Source of the DNA: an uncultured Chloroflexia bacterium
GTDB lineage: Bacteria > Chloroflexota > Limnocylindria > Limnocylindrales > CSP1-4
Length of the DNA: 64,000 nt
Direction of reading: 5' to 3'
NCBI GenBank assembly: GCA_963721545.1
Contig: CAVRKB010000012.1
Span: forward strand, 31,409 to 95,408
This document shows, piece by piece, positions 29,042 to 41,214 of this stretch. A program made the translations under genes and the position numbers. Position 1 is the stretch's first letter; every line of letters begins with the position of its first letter. The notes beneath the pieces were generated by a model. It worked only from the letters and a program-made list of their open reading frames with translations, did not search any database and had not been told where the DNA came from.

Positions 29042-30025
29042 CCGATCCCCTCGCCCTCGAACCCATCCTCGGGCCGCTCGAGCGCGGCCGTCCCGCGTTC
29101 AACGACGAGCTGCCGCACGACGAGCGCACGGCGCTGTTCGAGGCGCACGTCGCCGCGGGGCTCAAGATCGAGGCGACCGACTGGATGCCCGACGAGTACC
29201 GCAAGGCCGTCCTGCGCTTCGTCGAGATGCACGCCAACAGCGAGCTCATGGGCGTCCTCCCCGAGCGCGAGTGGCTGATGCGCGCCCCGACCCTCCGGCG
29301 CAAGCTGGCGCTCACCGCCAAGGTCCAGGACGAGGTCGGGCACGCCCAGCTGCTGTACCGCGTCGCGGAGGACCTCGGCAAGCCGCGCGAGGCGATGTTC
29401 GACGACCTGCTCGCTGGGAGTGACCAAGTTCCACAACGTGTTCCACTACCCGACCGTCGGCTGGGCGGACGTCGGGATGATCGCCTGGCTGGTCGACGCC
29501 GCCGCGATCGTGGCCCAGCAGGCGCTGCGCGACTCGAGCTACGCGCCGTACGCGCGGACGATGCGCAAGATCTGCTGGGAGGAATCGGTCCACATCATGC
29601 ACGGCCGCGACGTGGTCGTGACGATGGTCACCGGGAGCGTCGCCCAGCGCGCGGCGATCCAGGACGCGCTCGATCGCTGGTGGGGCCCGCTGATGCAGAT
29701 GCACGGCCCGCGCTCGCCGCGCGACAAGGACCGCGACCTCCACTGGCGGATCAAGGCCAAGACCTCCGAGGAGCTCCGCCAGGAGTTCCTGACCATCTAC
29801 GTGCCGCGCATCCGCGAGCTCGGGCTGGTCATCCCGGACCCCGACCTGGCATTCGACGACGAGGCCGGCGAGTGGCGCTACACCGAGCCGGACTGGGACG
29901 AGCTGCGCCGGGTCGTCACCAACCACGGGCCGATGTCCGAGGCGCGCCTCGAGTTCCGACGGCTCGCCCGCGAGGACACGCGCTGGGTCCGCGAGTCGAT
30001 CCTCGGCGTGCCGGCGGCGGCATGA
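29038..30025 (+). CDS. paaA: 1,2-phenylacetyl-CoA epoxidase subunit A (one apparent frameshift)
   Basis: Ferritin-like di-iron oxygenase motifs (EDLGKPRE, QDEVGHAQLL, EESVHIMHG). The frame shifts near 29420. Confidence 0.8.
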
Positions 30026-30390
30026 GCGACGGTGGCGCGCGGACGGACGCCGAGCCGGACCCGGTCGGCGAGATGCCGCCGGCCGCCGAGCCGTGGGAGG
30101 TCTTCCGGCGCGAGAAGGACGGCGACCCGATGCGCCACGGCGGGAGCGTCCTGGCCCCCGATGCCGAGCTCGCCACGCACTACGCCCGTGAGCTCTACGG
30201 CCGTCGCCAGGAGAGCGTCCGGCTGTGGATCGTGCGCCGGGCCGACATCGTCGACCTCGACGACGCGGACCTCCTCCAGCCGCCGCTCGACCGCTCGTTC
30301 AAGAAGCCGGGTGGCTACGTCATGCGCGACAAGCTGGCCGCCGCACGCGAGGCGGCCGGCCAGCCGAAGCCGAAGGCGCGCTCGTCGTGA
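30022..30390 (+). CDS. paaB: 1,2-phenylacetyl-CoA epoxidase subunit B
   Basis: PWEVFRREKDGDPMRHGGSVLAPDAELATHYARELYGRR PaaB signature. ATGA overlap. Confidence 0.85.
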   Translation: MSDGGARTDAEPDPVGEMPPAAEPWEVFRREKDGDPMRHGGSVLAPDAELATHYARELYGRRQESVRLWIVRRADIVDLDDADLLQPPLDRSFKKPGGYVMRDKLAAAREAAGQPKPKARSS

Positions 30391-31166
30391 GCGCCGTCGC
30401 GACCGGGCTCCCGCCGGCGACCGCCACCGCGCTCGAGGCGCTCCTGCGCTCGATGGCCGATGACGAGTTCGTGATCGGCTTCTCCGACTCGGAGTGGACG
30501 GGGATCGCGCCGCAGCTCGAGGAAGACGTCGCGATGAGCTCGCTCGCGCAGGACGAGCTGGGCCACGCGGCGGCGCTGTACGGATTGCTCGGCGGGCTGA
30601 CCGGGAGCGACCCGGACGCGCTCGCCTACGACCGCGAACCGGCCGACTACCGTCATTGCCGGCTGCTCGATCACGGCCGCGGCGACTGGGCGATGACGAT
30701 CGCCCGGCGCTACCTGTACGACACCGCCGACGCGGTCCGGCTGGAGGCGCTGGCCGGCGGGTCGTGGGCACCGCTGGCCGAGCTGGTCGGCAAGCTCCAA
30801 CGCGAGGAGCGGTACCACGTCATGCACGCCTCGACCTGGTTCGACCGCCTGGCCCGTGGCGGCCGCGAGCCGCGGACCCGGCTGCTGGCCGCGCTCGACG
30901 AGCTCGGCCCGGACGCGGCCACGGTCTTCACGCCACTCCCCGGCGAGCCGTTGCTGGTCGATGCGGGGATCCTCGCCGCTCCGTCGGCTGAGCTCGAGCG
31001 ACGCTGGCGGGCGGCGATCGGCCCGGCCTTCGCCGCCCTCGACCTGCCGATGCCGCCGGTCGCGCACGATCCCGAGCGTGGACGGCTCGACCACGGCGAG
31101 GCCTTCGCGTGGCTGTGGGGCGAGTTCACGACCGTGCGCCACGCGGATCCGGGTGCGGTCTGGTGA
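30387..31166 (+). CDS. paaC: 1,2-phenylacetyl-CoA epoxidase subunit C
   Basis: EFVIGFSDSEWTGIAPQLEEDVAMSSLAQDELGHAAALYGLL ferritin-like PaaC. GTGA overlap. Confidence 0.8.
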   Translation: MSAVATGLPPATATALEALLRSMADDEFVIGFSDSEWTGIAPQLEEDVAMSSLAQDELGHAAALYGLLGGLTGSDPDALAYDREPADYRHCRLLDHGRGDWAMTIARRYLYDTADAVRLEALAGGSWAPLAELVGKLQREERYHVMHASTWFDRLARGGREPRTRLLAALDELGPDAATVFTPLPGEPLLVDAGILAAPSAELERRWRAAIGPAFAALDLPMPPVAHDPERGRLDHGEAFAWLWGEFTTVRHADPGAVW

Positions 31167-31743
31167 GCGAGGCCGGGATCCAGGTCGCCGTGGCGCGCGC
31201 CCGGGCCGGGGCGACGCGTGCCGCCGCGCCGGCACGCGCCGCGCGTGGACGAGGCGGCCGTCCGCGCCATCCTCGCCGCCGTCCCGGACCCGGAGCTGCC
31301 AATGCTGTCGATCGTCGACCTCGGGATCGTGCATCGCGTCGACGTCGCGCCCGACGGCGGTCCGATCCGGGTCGAGATCCTGCCGACGTTCGTCGGCTGC
31401 CCGGCGCTCGAGCTCATCAAGGCCTCGGTCGCCGAGCGCCTCGCTGCCCTCGGCCGACCGGTCGAGGTCGTGGCGACCTTCGAGGTGCCGTGGACCTCGG
31501 ACCGGATCAGCGCCGGCGGGCCGCCAGGCGCTGCTCGATGCCGGGATCACGCCACCAGGGCCGGTCGTGGACGCGCCTGACGGCGGGACGCTGACCCTGA
31601 TCGGCCTCGAGCCGCGTGTTCCGTGCCCCTACTGCGGGTCGCGCCGGACCGTCCTCGACAACGCATTCGGGCCGACGCAGTGCCGCACGATCCGTTCCTG
31701 CCTGGACTGCCGCCAGCCGTTCGAAGCGATCAAGCCGGTCTGA
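31163..31743 (+). CDS. paaD: 1,2-phenylacetyl-CoA epoxidase subunit D (two apparent frameshifts)
   Basis: ILAAVPDPELPMLSIVDLGIVHRVDV...ILPTFVGCPALELIK and the C-terminal CPYCGSRRTVLDNAFGPTQCRTIRSCLDCRQPF zinc-ribbon are in different frames. Confidence 0.65.
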
Positions 31744-31745
31744 CG

Positions 31746-32934
31746 ATGCCCGGCGTCGTCGGCGTGGTCGGGGCCGGCACGATGGGCGCGGGGATCGCCC
31801 AGCTGGCCGTCGAGGCCGGTCATCGGGTCCACCTCCACGACGTGGACGCGGCCGCGATCGAGCGCGGTCACGAGCGCATCAGGGCGGGCCTCGAGCGGCG
31901 CGCCGGCCGGCTCGACCTCGACTCGGATTCGGCCGAGGCATGGGTCGCCGGACGCCTCGGTCTCCTCATCGACACGCCGGCGATCGCCGACGTCGCAGCC
32001 GGGGCCGAGCTGGTCGTCGAGGCCGCGCTCGAGGACCTTGCGGCGAAGCAGGCGATCTTCCGGGCGCTCGACGAAGCGGCCGCGCGGGCGACCCTCCTCG
32101 CCACCAATACGAGCGCGCTGTCGGTGGCCGACATCGCCGCCGTGACGTCGCGCCCGGAGCGCGTGCTCGGGCTGCACTTCTTCAACCCGGCCCCGGTGAT
32201 GCCGCTCGTCGAGGTCGTCGCGGCGCCGCGAACTGCCGCACGTGGCGGCCGACCGCGCCGCCGAGCTCGTCGGCGCATGGGGCAAGGTCACGGTCCGCTG
32301 CGCCGACACGCCCGGCTTCATCGTCAATCGGGTCAATCGTCCGTTCACGCTCGAGGCGCTGGCGATCCTCGAGGCGGGTCTCGCGACCGTGACGGCGATC
32401 GACGCCGCGGTCCGCGCCGCCGGCTACCCGATGGGCCCGTTCGAGCTGATGGACCTGATCGGCATCGACATCAACCTCGCCGCCGCCTACGGGGTCTACG
32501 AACGGACCCGCCGTGCCGGCGATCCGCTCGCCGAGCGGTTCCGGCCGTCGTCGATCCAGGAGCGGCTGGTCGCGAGCGGCCAGCTCGGGCGCAAGACCGG
32601 CCGCGGCTTCTACGAGTACGCCGCGGACGGCCGGATCGCCGGTCCGGCGGCCGGCTTCGAAGGGCGTGCCGAGCCGGCCGACGCCGATTCGACGGCCATC
32701 GTCGCCGACCGGATCTCGCTGGCGATCGTCAACGAGGCCTACCGGGCGCTCGGCGACCGCGTCGCGACGGCGGCCGACATCGACCTCGCGCTGCGCCTCG
32801 GGGCGGGCCACCCCATGGGGCCGTTCGAGCGCGCGACGGCGATCGGCGGGCCGGTCGCGGTCCTCGCGGGCCTTCGCGAGCATGCCGCGGCGGGCCCCCG
32901 GTTCGAGCCCGCTCCTGGCCTCGCCTCGCCGTAG
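31746..32934 (+). CDS. paaH: 3-hydroxyacyl-CoA dehydrogenase (3-hydroxyadipyl-CoA dehydrogenase), one apparent frameshift
   Basis: VVGVVGAGTMGAGIAQL Rossmann motif, TNTSALS, then GFIVNRVNRPF...MGPFELMDLIGID in a second frame after about 32225. Confidence 0.75.
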
Positions 32935-32966
32935 CCTCGCCGCCGGCGCCCCTACAATCGAACGCC

Positions 32967-34200
<1,234 letters not shown>

Positions 34201-34249
34201 CGCCGTAGCCTGATAGGCCCGACCGCTCCAACGACGGGCGGGTGGTGCC

Positions 34250-36404
34250 CTACGGTCGCGCGCCGAGCGAGGCGATCGCAGCCCCCAGGGCGGGAGCCAG
34301 CGACCGTGAGAACGTGGCCGTCAGGTGGCTGTGGTCGCGGTAGACGATCCGGTCGTTGACCACGACCGGGCAGGCGCCATCGCCGACGCAGATCCGGGCG
34401 GTCAGGTCGATGAGGGAAGCGCCGCTGGCTTTTGAGGCGATCGACTCGATGGCCCCAAGCCGCTCCGCGAAGGCCGTCTTGCGCGGGATGGCGCATGCCT
34501 CGACGTCGTCCTGGTTCGACGACAGGCAGCCGGGCACGTCACGGGCTGCATTCGGCGTGTCGACGATGATCGCCGACGTTCCCGGGATCCGGGCGAGCAT
34601 GCGACCGATGGCCGCGCCCTTCGCGGCGACCGTGGCGTCGCCGTCGCGCATCTCGTGGATGGCCAGCCTGCTCGTCGAGACGAGGGTCAGGTTCGGCTTG
34701 ATGGCGTCGAGCCGGGCCAGGGTGGCCTCGTTGAACTCGGCGCACTCTCGGTACTCGCGCTTGAGCGCGAGATTGCGGACCGGCATGTCGATGAACGGGC
34801 AGGCGACCTTGACGAACGTCACGATTCGCCAGCCCTCGTGGGTGGCAAGCCGTTCCAGTGCCGGGAACCAGTGCGCCGCATGCAAATCGCCGACGAGCGC
34901 GACCGTGTACCTCGAATCCTTGTCGCCGTAGACGCATGGCGCTGGCTTCGTCACCGGCTCGAAGGCGAGGCAGCCGTCGTTGCGGAGGCGTTCCTCGTCG
35001 GCGCGCGCGCCCGCCAATGCGGGCTTGACGCGACCGGACAGAGCGCCCGTGTTGACGACGTCGGGCGGCAGCGGCACGGTCGTGGGCGTCGGACGCGGCG
35101 TCGGCGACCCCGTCGGCGTCGATGTCGGCTCGGGCCGTCGGATCGGTCGTCGGTGTCGGGACGGCCGTCTCATCGGGCCACGGTTCATCGACCACCTCGG
35201 TCGGGGACGGCGTGGCGTCGGGCGGTGCGATCGCCTCGACGGGCGTCATCCCGAGCGACGGGCCTGCCGCGACAACCATGACCGCGAGCATGGCAGCCAG
35301 TCCGAGCGAGACGGTCCGTCCGGGACGGACCGCCAGGCTTGGCAGGCCCGTGCGGAACGGGGTCTCGATGAGCGCCCAGCAGAGGATGGCGGCGACGATC
35401 GACGCTCCGACGAGCCCGATGCTCCCGATCTCGTCGACCGGGCCGCCGATGGCCATCGGCGCCAGGACGAGGATCGGCCAGTGCACGAGATAGAGCGAGT
35501 AGCTGATCCTGCCCAGGAATCGGACCGGCGGGATCGACAGCAGCCTGCCCGGACCCAGCGCCCGCGAGCCGCCGGCGACCAGGGCGACCGTGCCGAGGAC
35601 CGGGAGGAGTGCCGCGACGCCTGGGTATGCCAGGGTCGCGTCAAAGGCCACGGTCGCCACTCCGACCGCGAGCAGGCCGAGCCAGCCGGCGAGCCCGACG
35701 ATCCGACCGGGAACGCGCGCCAGGGCGCCGGCACCGACCGCGAGCAGGCCACCCAGGCCGAGCTCCCAGGCCCGCGTCGGGAGCGAGTAGAACGCCCAGT
35801 TGGAGGCGATGTCCGTGACGATCAGGTTGGCTGCGAGCGAGGCCGCCACGATGGCGACGAGCACGACGGCGACCCGGCGCCGGGCGTGACCGCCGCGGGC
35901 GACCAGCAGGATGAGGGCCGGCCACAGGAGGTAGAACTGCTCTTCGACCCCGAGGCTCCAGAAATGCAGGAACGGGGATGGGGCGGTCACGCTCGAGAAG
36001 TAGTCGCCCGCAGCCAGGGCGAAGCGGATGTTGCCGAACGAGAGGGCCGCGACGGCGCCGTCCAGGCCGACGGCCGCCCGATCGAGCGGAGCCACGAGAA
36101 GGAAGGAGGCGCCAAGCGTGGCGATGAGCACGACGAGGGCCGCCGGAAGCAGACGCCGGGCTCGGCGTGCGTAGAACGGCAGCAGGCCGATCCGCCCGGT
36201 TCGCTCGTGCTCGCGCAGGAGGAGCCCGGTGATGAGGAAGCCGCTGATGACGAAGAAGACGTCGACGCCGACGAAGCCGCCGGCCATCCCGGCCAGGCCG
36301 GCGTGAAACAGGACGACGACGAGGACGGCCAGCCCGCGCAGGCCCTCGATGTCGGGGCGAAATCCGTCGTGGGTGCTGGAAGAGGCGGGTGTGGGCACGA
36401 TCAC
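34250..36404 (-). CDS. acyltransferase-3 (OafA/YrhL-type) membrane O-acyltransferase with C-terminal SGNH domain (one apparent frameshift)
   Basis: N-terminal 10-TM acyltransferase_3 domain (GLRGLAVLVVVLFHAG...FFVISGFLITG). The C-terminal SGNH hydrolase-type domain is in a second frame from about 35150, reached through a Pro/Thr-rich linker. Confidence 0.7.
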
Positions 36405-36700
36405 GTCACTCGAGCTATCGGTCACCGGTGAGTTCTCCGCCGGCCGCAATGGAGACGCGGAGGCGAAGCGCTTGTCACAGGTGCATGACTCACGCACACA
36501 CCATCAGTCGAAGCTCGCCCCCGCGGTATGGACGGCGATGGCCGGGCTGGATGGACGTTTGCGCCGTGTCCGGGTCAGCGCATGTCGACCCGACAGGAGT
36601 GACTGGACATCGAACCCTGGTCCGCGTGGCGCCCGGCGCATCGCGGTTCCGAGCCTCGCGCTAGACTGCCGAACTGAGACGAACGAGGCTGGGAGAGCGC

Positions 36701-37587
36701 TTGGTGCAACAGGCCCACCCGCGGACGAGCGCGCGCCGGAAACGAGTCGCCATGCTCCTGGCGCTGTCGATCGGCGCTCTGGCCCTGGCCGCGCTGTCGC
36801 CCGCGCCGAGCTCCGGGGTCCCCGGGCGCGCATCGGCGTTGGAGCCGGCCGCGGTGGCGAGAGCACGCCTCGAGCCCAGGCACCACGGACACCGAGGCGG
36901 CGAGCCCGATCCCGTCGTCGAGTCCGCCATCGCCGGCACCGGACACACCCGCCATCAGATCCGACCTCGGTCGCGCGGATGTCCCCGTCCGTGATCCCGC
37001 GCCGAACGTGGCTGCTCGTCACGTCGGCGGACTTGAAGGCGGTGTTCCTGGGCGACTCCTATACGACCGGGTGGAACGGCGCCGGGATTGGCCGCCGAGG
37101 GTGGCCGGCGATCGTGGGTCGGACGCTCGGCTGGCGGACGGTCAATCTGGCGGTGGCAGGTACAGGCTTCATGAACCCTGGGTGGACGAACCAGACGATC
37201 GGCGCACGCGTCGCAGCGACGATTCGACAGAAGCCCGACATCGTGGTCGTCGCCGCGGGCCACAACGACTCACGATGGTCGGTCGCAACGACCGCCCGTG
37301 CGGCCGACGCCGCGCTCGACCGCCTCCGTCGCGCCCTCCCGGATGCCGTGTTCGTCGTCGTCGCGCCGATCTGGTCGAATGCCACGCCACCGGCGCGGTG
37401 CCTCGACCTTCGGGATCACCTGCGACGGACGGCGCGCTCGATGCACGCGATCTTCGTCGACCCTCTTGCGGGTCGATGGTTCGCCGGGATCCGCCAGCGA
37501 CTGATCGGTCCCGACGGCCTCCACCCGACGGATGCGGGCCACCGCTACATCGCCCAGCAGTTCCTCGAAGCGATGGCCGCGAACTAG
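36701..37587 (+). CDS. secreted SGNH/GDSL-family hydrolase (one apparent frameshift)
   Basis: Signal peptide RKRVAMLLALSIGALALAA in frame 1. Catalytic blocks FLGDSYTTG, GHND and DGLHPT in frame 2 after about 36960. Confidence 0.65.
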
Positions 37588-37638
37588 CCGGACCGGCCGC
37601 CTCACTTGGAGCCGGCCGGTCCGCGTCCTCGCCGCCGG

Positions 37639-38148
37639 TCAGCCCGGGACGAGCACGCTGTCGATGACGTGGATCACGCCGTTCGAAGCGTCGACATCCG
37701 CCAAGAGGATCTCGGCACCGTCGACATAGGCCGACCCGCCCTGGACGGACGGGGACAGGAAGTCCCGGTTGAGCGTCCGAATCTTCGTCGAGGTCACGAC
37801 GTCGCCGCTGTCGCGCTCGCCCGGCGCCACGTGGTGGAGCAGGACGGCCCGCAGCGTGGCCACGGGAATGCCATCGACGCCGTCGACGCCGAGCGCGGCG
37901 TATAGGTCCCCGAATGCCGCATCCGTCGGCGCGAAGACGGTGAACTGGCGGTGGCCGTCCAGCTCGTCGACGAGCCCCGCCCGAACGACGGCGGCGATCA
38001 GTTCGTCGAACTCACCGGTCGCGGCATTCACGGCGATGGCCGTGTCGACGATCGTCGCTCCGGGCTGGCGGGCGGCGGCCGGCGTTGCGACGACGGCCAG
38101 GGAGAGTGCAGCCGCGGCGACCGCGGCGCTGAGACGTAGACCTCGCAT
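37639..38148 (-). CDS. fasciclin (FAS1) domain secreted protein
   Basis: Signal peptide plus FAS1 motifs: TVFAPTDAAF, NGVIHVIDSVLVP. GGAGCACC RBS before ATG 38148. Confidence 0.8.
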   Translation of the reverse strand: MRGLRLSAAVAAAALSLAVVATPAAARQPGATIVDTAIAVNAATGEFDELIAAVVRAGLVDELDGHRQFTVFAPTDAAFGDLYAALGVDGVDGIPVATLRAVLLHHVAPGERDSGDVVTSTKIRTLNRDFLSPSVQGGSAYVDGAEILLADVDASNGVIHVIDSVLVPG

Positions 38149-38195
38149 GGTGGGTGCTCCTTCGTTCGATGGGTTGGGTTGGCTGGTGAGTCGGA

Positions 38196-38426
38196 CTAGG
38201 CGAGCGCGGGCTCCTCGCGCCGTGCGACCCAGCGAATCAGCGTCGGGACGAGGCCGATCGCGGAGATGCCGACGAGGATGTAGATGACGCTGGAGATCGG
38301 GTTCGTCTCGCCAAAGGTCTGACCGGTTAGGGCGGCGACCAGGTCGAACTTCGCCACGCCTACGAGCAGCCAGTTCAGGCCGCCGACGATGACGAGGAAC
38401 AGGAAGAGGGGATTGAGGTAGCGCAT
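38196..38426 (-). CDS. DUF378-family small membrane protein
   Basis: MRYLNPLFLFLVIVGGLNWLLVGVAKFDLVAAL is the DUF378 signature. GGAGGACACGG RBS. Confidence 0.7.
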   Translation of the reverse strand: MRYLNPLFLFLVIVGGLNWLLVGVAKFDLVAALTGQTFGETNPISSVIYILVGISAIGLVPTLIRWVARREEPALA

Positions 38427-38458
38427 GGCGTCCGTGTCCTCCAAGTGTGGCTTGCCGC

Positions 38459-38476
38459 CTCGTACAACTCTTGTAC
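38459..38476. promoter_or_regulatory. inverted repeat CTCGTACAAC-TC-TTGTACAAG in the DUF378/merR divergent promoter (candidate MerR-type operator)
   Basis: GTACAA/TTGTAC arms separated by 3 nt. Shares the CTCGTAC heptamer with a second inverted repeat at 39564-39581. Confidence 0.3.
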
Positions 38477-38548
38477 AAGGTCTGTGCAGACTTTGCCATG
38501 TTGTTGAGGGCTTGTCAAGTCTCCCTCGACCGCTACACTGCACGAACC

Positions 38549-39533
38549 ATGTACACGATCAAGGAGGCCGCGGCGCGAACCGGCCTGACCGTACCCGTCC
38601 TCCGCGCCTGGGAGCGGCGCTACGGCGTGGTCGCGCCAACGCGCACGGCCAGTGGCTATCGGGTCTACGACGAGGCCGCCCTCGAGCGGCTGCGGTCGAT
38701 GAGGCGATTGGTCGACAACGGCTGGTCACCCAGTGCCGCGGCCGCAGCGATCATCGCGGGCACGGATCCGCCTGGGGGCATCCCGGTCGAGTCGATGGCC
38801 GAAGGAACGGTGGGATCGGCTAGCCGAGCAGCTCGTCGATGCCGCCGCGGCCCTCGACAGCCCACGGATCGAGGCGGTCCTGGATGAGATGCTTGCGGGC
38901 GGGACCTACGAGCGGGTCATGGACGACCACGTGATCCCGGCGCTCCGTGCCCTCGGCGACGCCTGGGCGGCGGGCCGCGTGCCCGTCGCGGGCGAACATG
39001 TCGCGAGCAACGCGGTTCTTCGTCGGCTCGCGGCATCGTTCCAGGCATCCGGGCCTGGACGCGACCAGGGCCGACCGGTGCTCGTCGGCATGCCGCCCGG
39101 AGCGCATCACGAGCTGGGCGGGCTCATCTTCGCGACGGCATTGCGTCGGGCTGGGCATTCTGTGGTCTACCTCGGCGCGGATCTTCCGCTGAACGACTGG
39201 ATCGGGGCCGTCGAACGGACCGATGCGCGCGCCGTCGTGATCGGCGCCGTCATGCCTGCCGACGCAACCGCGGCTCTGTCCGTCGCCGCAGGGCTGCGCG
39301 CGGCCCGACCTGAGGTCCTCATCGCGTTCGGCGGCGCCGCCGCCCCCGAACCGGACGGCGCCTCGGCGTCGTCCGACAGGACGATCCGCTTACCCGCGGA
39401 GGTCGTCAAGGGCGTCGAAACGCTGAGCGCCGCCCTGACGAGGAGCGTATCGGCGCCCCCAGGCGCTCCGCGAGCCGCAGGTTCTCCGCGTGGTCCATCG
39501 GCACGTCGACGAGCGACGGGCCTTCGGCCCTGA
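38549..39533 (+). CDS. MerR-family regulator with C-terminal cobalamin (B12)-binding domain (CarH/LitR-like), one apparent frameshift; 3' end uncertain
   Basis: N-terminal MerR HTH: YTIKEAAARTGLTVPVLRAWERRYGV. The C-terminal half, in the +1 frame from about 38820, has a B12-binding Rossmann domain (VLVGMPPGAHHELGGLIFATALRRAGHSVVYLGADLPLNDWIGAV). TACACT 9 nt upstream of the ATG. Confidence 0.65.
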
Positions 39534-39696
39534 GTACTTCACGGCTCCTCGACATGGCCGGGACTCGTACGGTGGTACGAGAGTTTCGGCGCGGGTGCTT
39601 GTCGAAACCCGTTGCCGTGCGTACGATGAGCGGGTACCGGGCGCTCACCGCCCACCCGACTGACCGCGAACAGCCCTCCCGGAGGACGAAAGCCCG

Positions 39697-40107
39697 ATGA
39701 TCGATCAGCAGCCGACGACGATCGACCCGCAGCCGCCGCAGACGACGGTGGTGTCGCTCACGGACGCCGCGGTCAGCAAGCTCCAGGAGCTGACCAAGGA
39801 AGAGACCAATCCGGCGATCGGGCTGCGCGTCTACGTCTATTCCGGCGGCTGCTCCGGCTTCCGCTACGGGATGATGCTCGAAGACGCCCCGACGCCCGAG
39901 GACCAGGTCCTCGACGCCAGCGGGATCAAGGTCTACGTCGACGGCCAGAGCATCAGCCTGCTCCAGGGCTCGCAGATCGACTATGTCGACACGCTGATGG
40001 GCGCCGGCTTCACGGTCAACAACCCGAATGCCGTCGCGGCGTGTGGCTGCGGCTCGAGCTTCCGGACCGCCGAGGACGAGGGCGCGCCCAAGGGCTGCTC
40101 CCACTGA
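39697..40107 (+). CDS. erpA: iron-sulfur cluster insertion protein (HesB/IscA/ErpA A-type carrier)
   Basis: VYVYSGGCSGFRYGM...VNNPNAVAACGCGSSF with the three conserved Cys. Confidence 0.85.
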   Translation: MIDQQPTTIDPQPPQTTVVSLTDAAVSKLQELTKEETNPAIGLRVYVYSGGCSGFRYGMMLEDAPTPEDQVLDASGIKVYVDGQSISLLQGSQIDYVDTLMGAGFTVNNPNAVAACGCGSSFRTAEDEGAPKGCSH

Positions 40108-40144
40108 CCCACGGCGGGCCTGACAGGGCCCGAACGACACCATC

Positions 40145-40170
40145 GAAGCCGCCGGGCGACTGGCGGCTTC
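40145..40170 (+). terminator. possible intrinsic terminator hairpin downstream of erpA
   Basis: GAAGCCGCC-gggcgact-GGCGGCTTC perfect 9-bp stem followed by ctgatt (weak U tract). Confidence 0.25.
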
Positions 40171-40340
40171 CTGATTCCACGCTCCGTGCACCCGACCTTT
40201 GGAGCGTCCGACCCGGTACCGCGGGGTCATGCGCGACCCTGCACGGCCTGAGCGACGCTCCGCGCAACCGAAACGGGGCTAGACTCGGAGCCGGTGGCCG
40301 GCCGGGCCGGACGTCAGATCGGACCGCGAAGGGTAGTTCG

Positions 40341-41198
40341 ATGGAGATCCCGCTCTTCCCGCTCCACACCGTCCTCTGCCCGGGCATCGTCCTGCCCCTC
40401 CACGTCTTCGAGGACCGCTACCGCGCGCTGACCCGCCACTGCCTCGACACGGGGACGCCGTTCGGGGTCGTCCTCATCCGCGAGGGGCGCGAGGTCGGTG
40501 CGGGCGAGCGTCCTGGCGCTGGCCGGCGTCGGCGCACTGGTCGAGATCCGCGAGGCGGGGCGCTACCCCGACGGCCGCTATGACCTGCTCGCCGCGGCCA
40601 CCGGGCGTTTCTCGATCGAGGCGGTCGACCCCGGGCGCGAGCCGTACCTCGTGGCCGACGTGACGCCGCTCGAGGACGAGGTCGGCGACGAGGCGCGCGC
40701 CGAGCGGCTGGCCGCGTCCGCGATCCGCCGGTTCATCCGCTATCTCGATCTCATGCGGGCGCGTGACGGCGAGACGAACGAGGTGCTCGACATCCGGGTC
40801 GAGGTCGACAGCACGGCGCTGCCGACACCGACGTGGACGAGATCGTGATCGATGACGACGACCGGCCGGCCATCGATCCGGCGGCGGCCCGCGCGGCCGA
40901 CGACCTCATGGCCGAGGGCGCCGAGGACGATGACGAGCTCGAGGACGACGACGATGCGCCGCCGTCGCGTCGCCGCGACCTGGTCATCCCCGATGACCCG
41001 ACGGTCCTGTCCCACCTGCTGTCGGGGATCGTCCAGATCGAGCTTCCCCGCCGCCAGGCGCTGCTCGAGGCGGCGACGACGACCGAGCGGCTCGAGGCCC
41101 TCATCCGGCTGCTCGACCGCGAGCTGCTGCTGCTCGCCCGGCGCCTCCGGCTGTTCGCCCCCGACCCGCGGCTGATGCGCGGGCCGCGCCGCAGCTAG
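40341..41198 (+). CDS. LON N-terminal substrate-binding domain protein (two apparent frameshifts)
   Basis: MEIPLFPLHTVLCPGIVLPLHVFEDRYRAL; a middle segment RYPDGRYDLLAAATGRFSI; and the C-terminal coiled coil LLEAATTTERLEALIRLLDRELLLL. Each lies in a different frame. Confidence 0.6.
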
Positions 41199-41214
41199 GC
41201 GACGCGAGGGCGGG

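Noticed and set aside
36405-36700. 296-bp intergenic region between the acyltransferase-3 and the secreted SGNH hydrolase, examined for an sRNA or structured element
   Set aside because: Slightly lower GC with a TAGACT -10-like box, but no convincing stem-loops, repeats or conserved-looking motifs. Treated as an ordinary divergent promoter region.
39406-40230. 274-aa minus-strand ORF
   Set aside because: Antisense to the well-supported erpA gene and to the 3' end of the MerR-B12 gene. Composition typical of GC-rich antisense ORFs.
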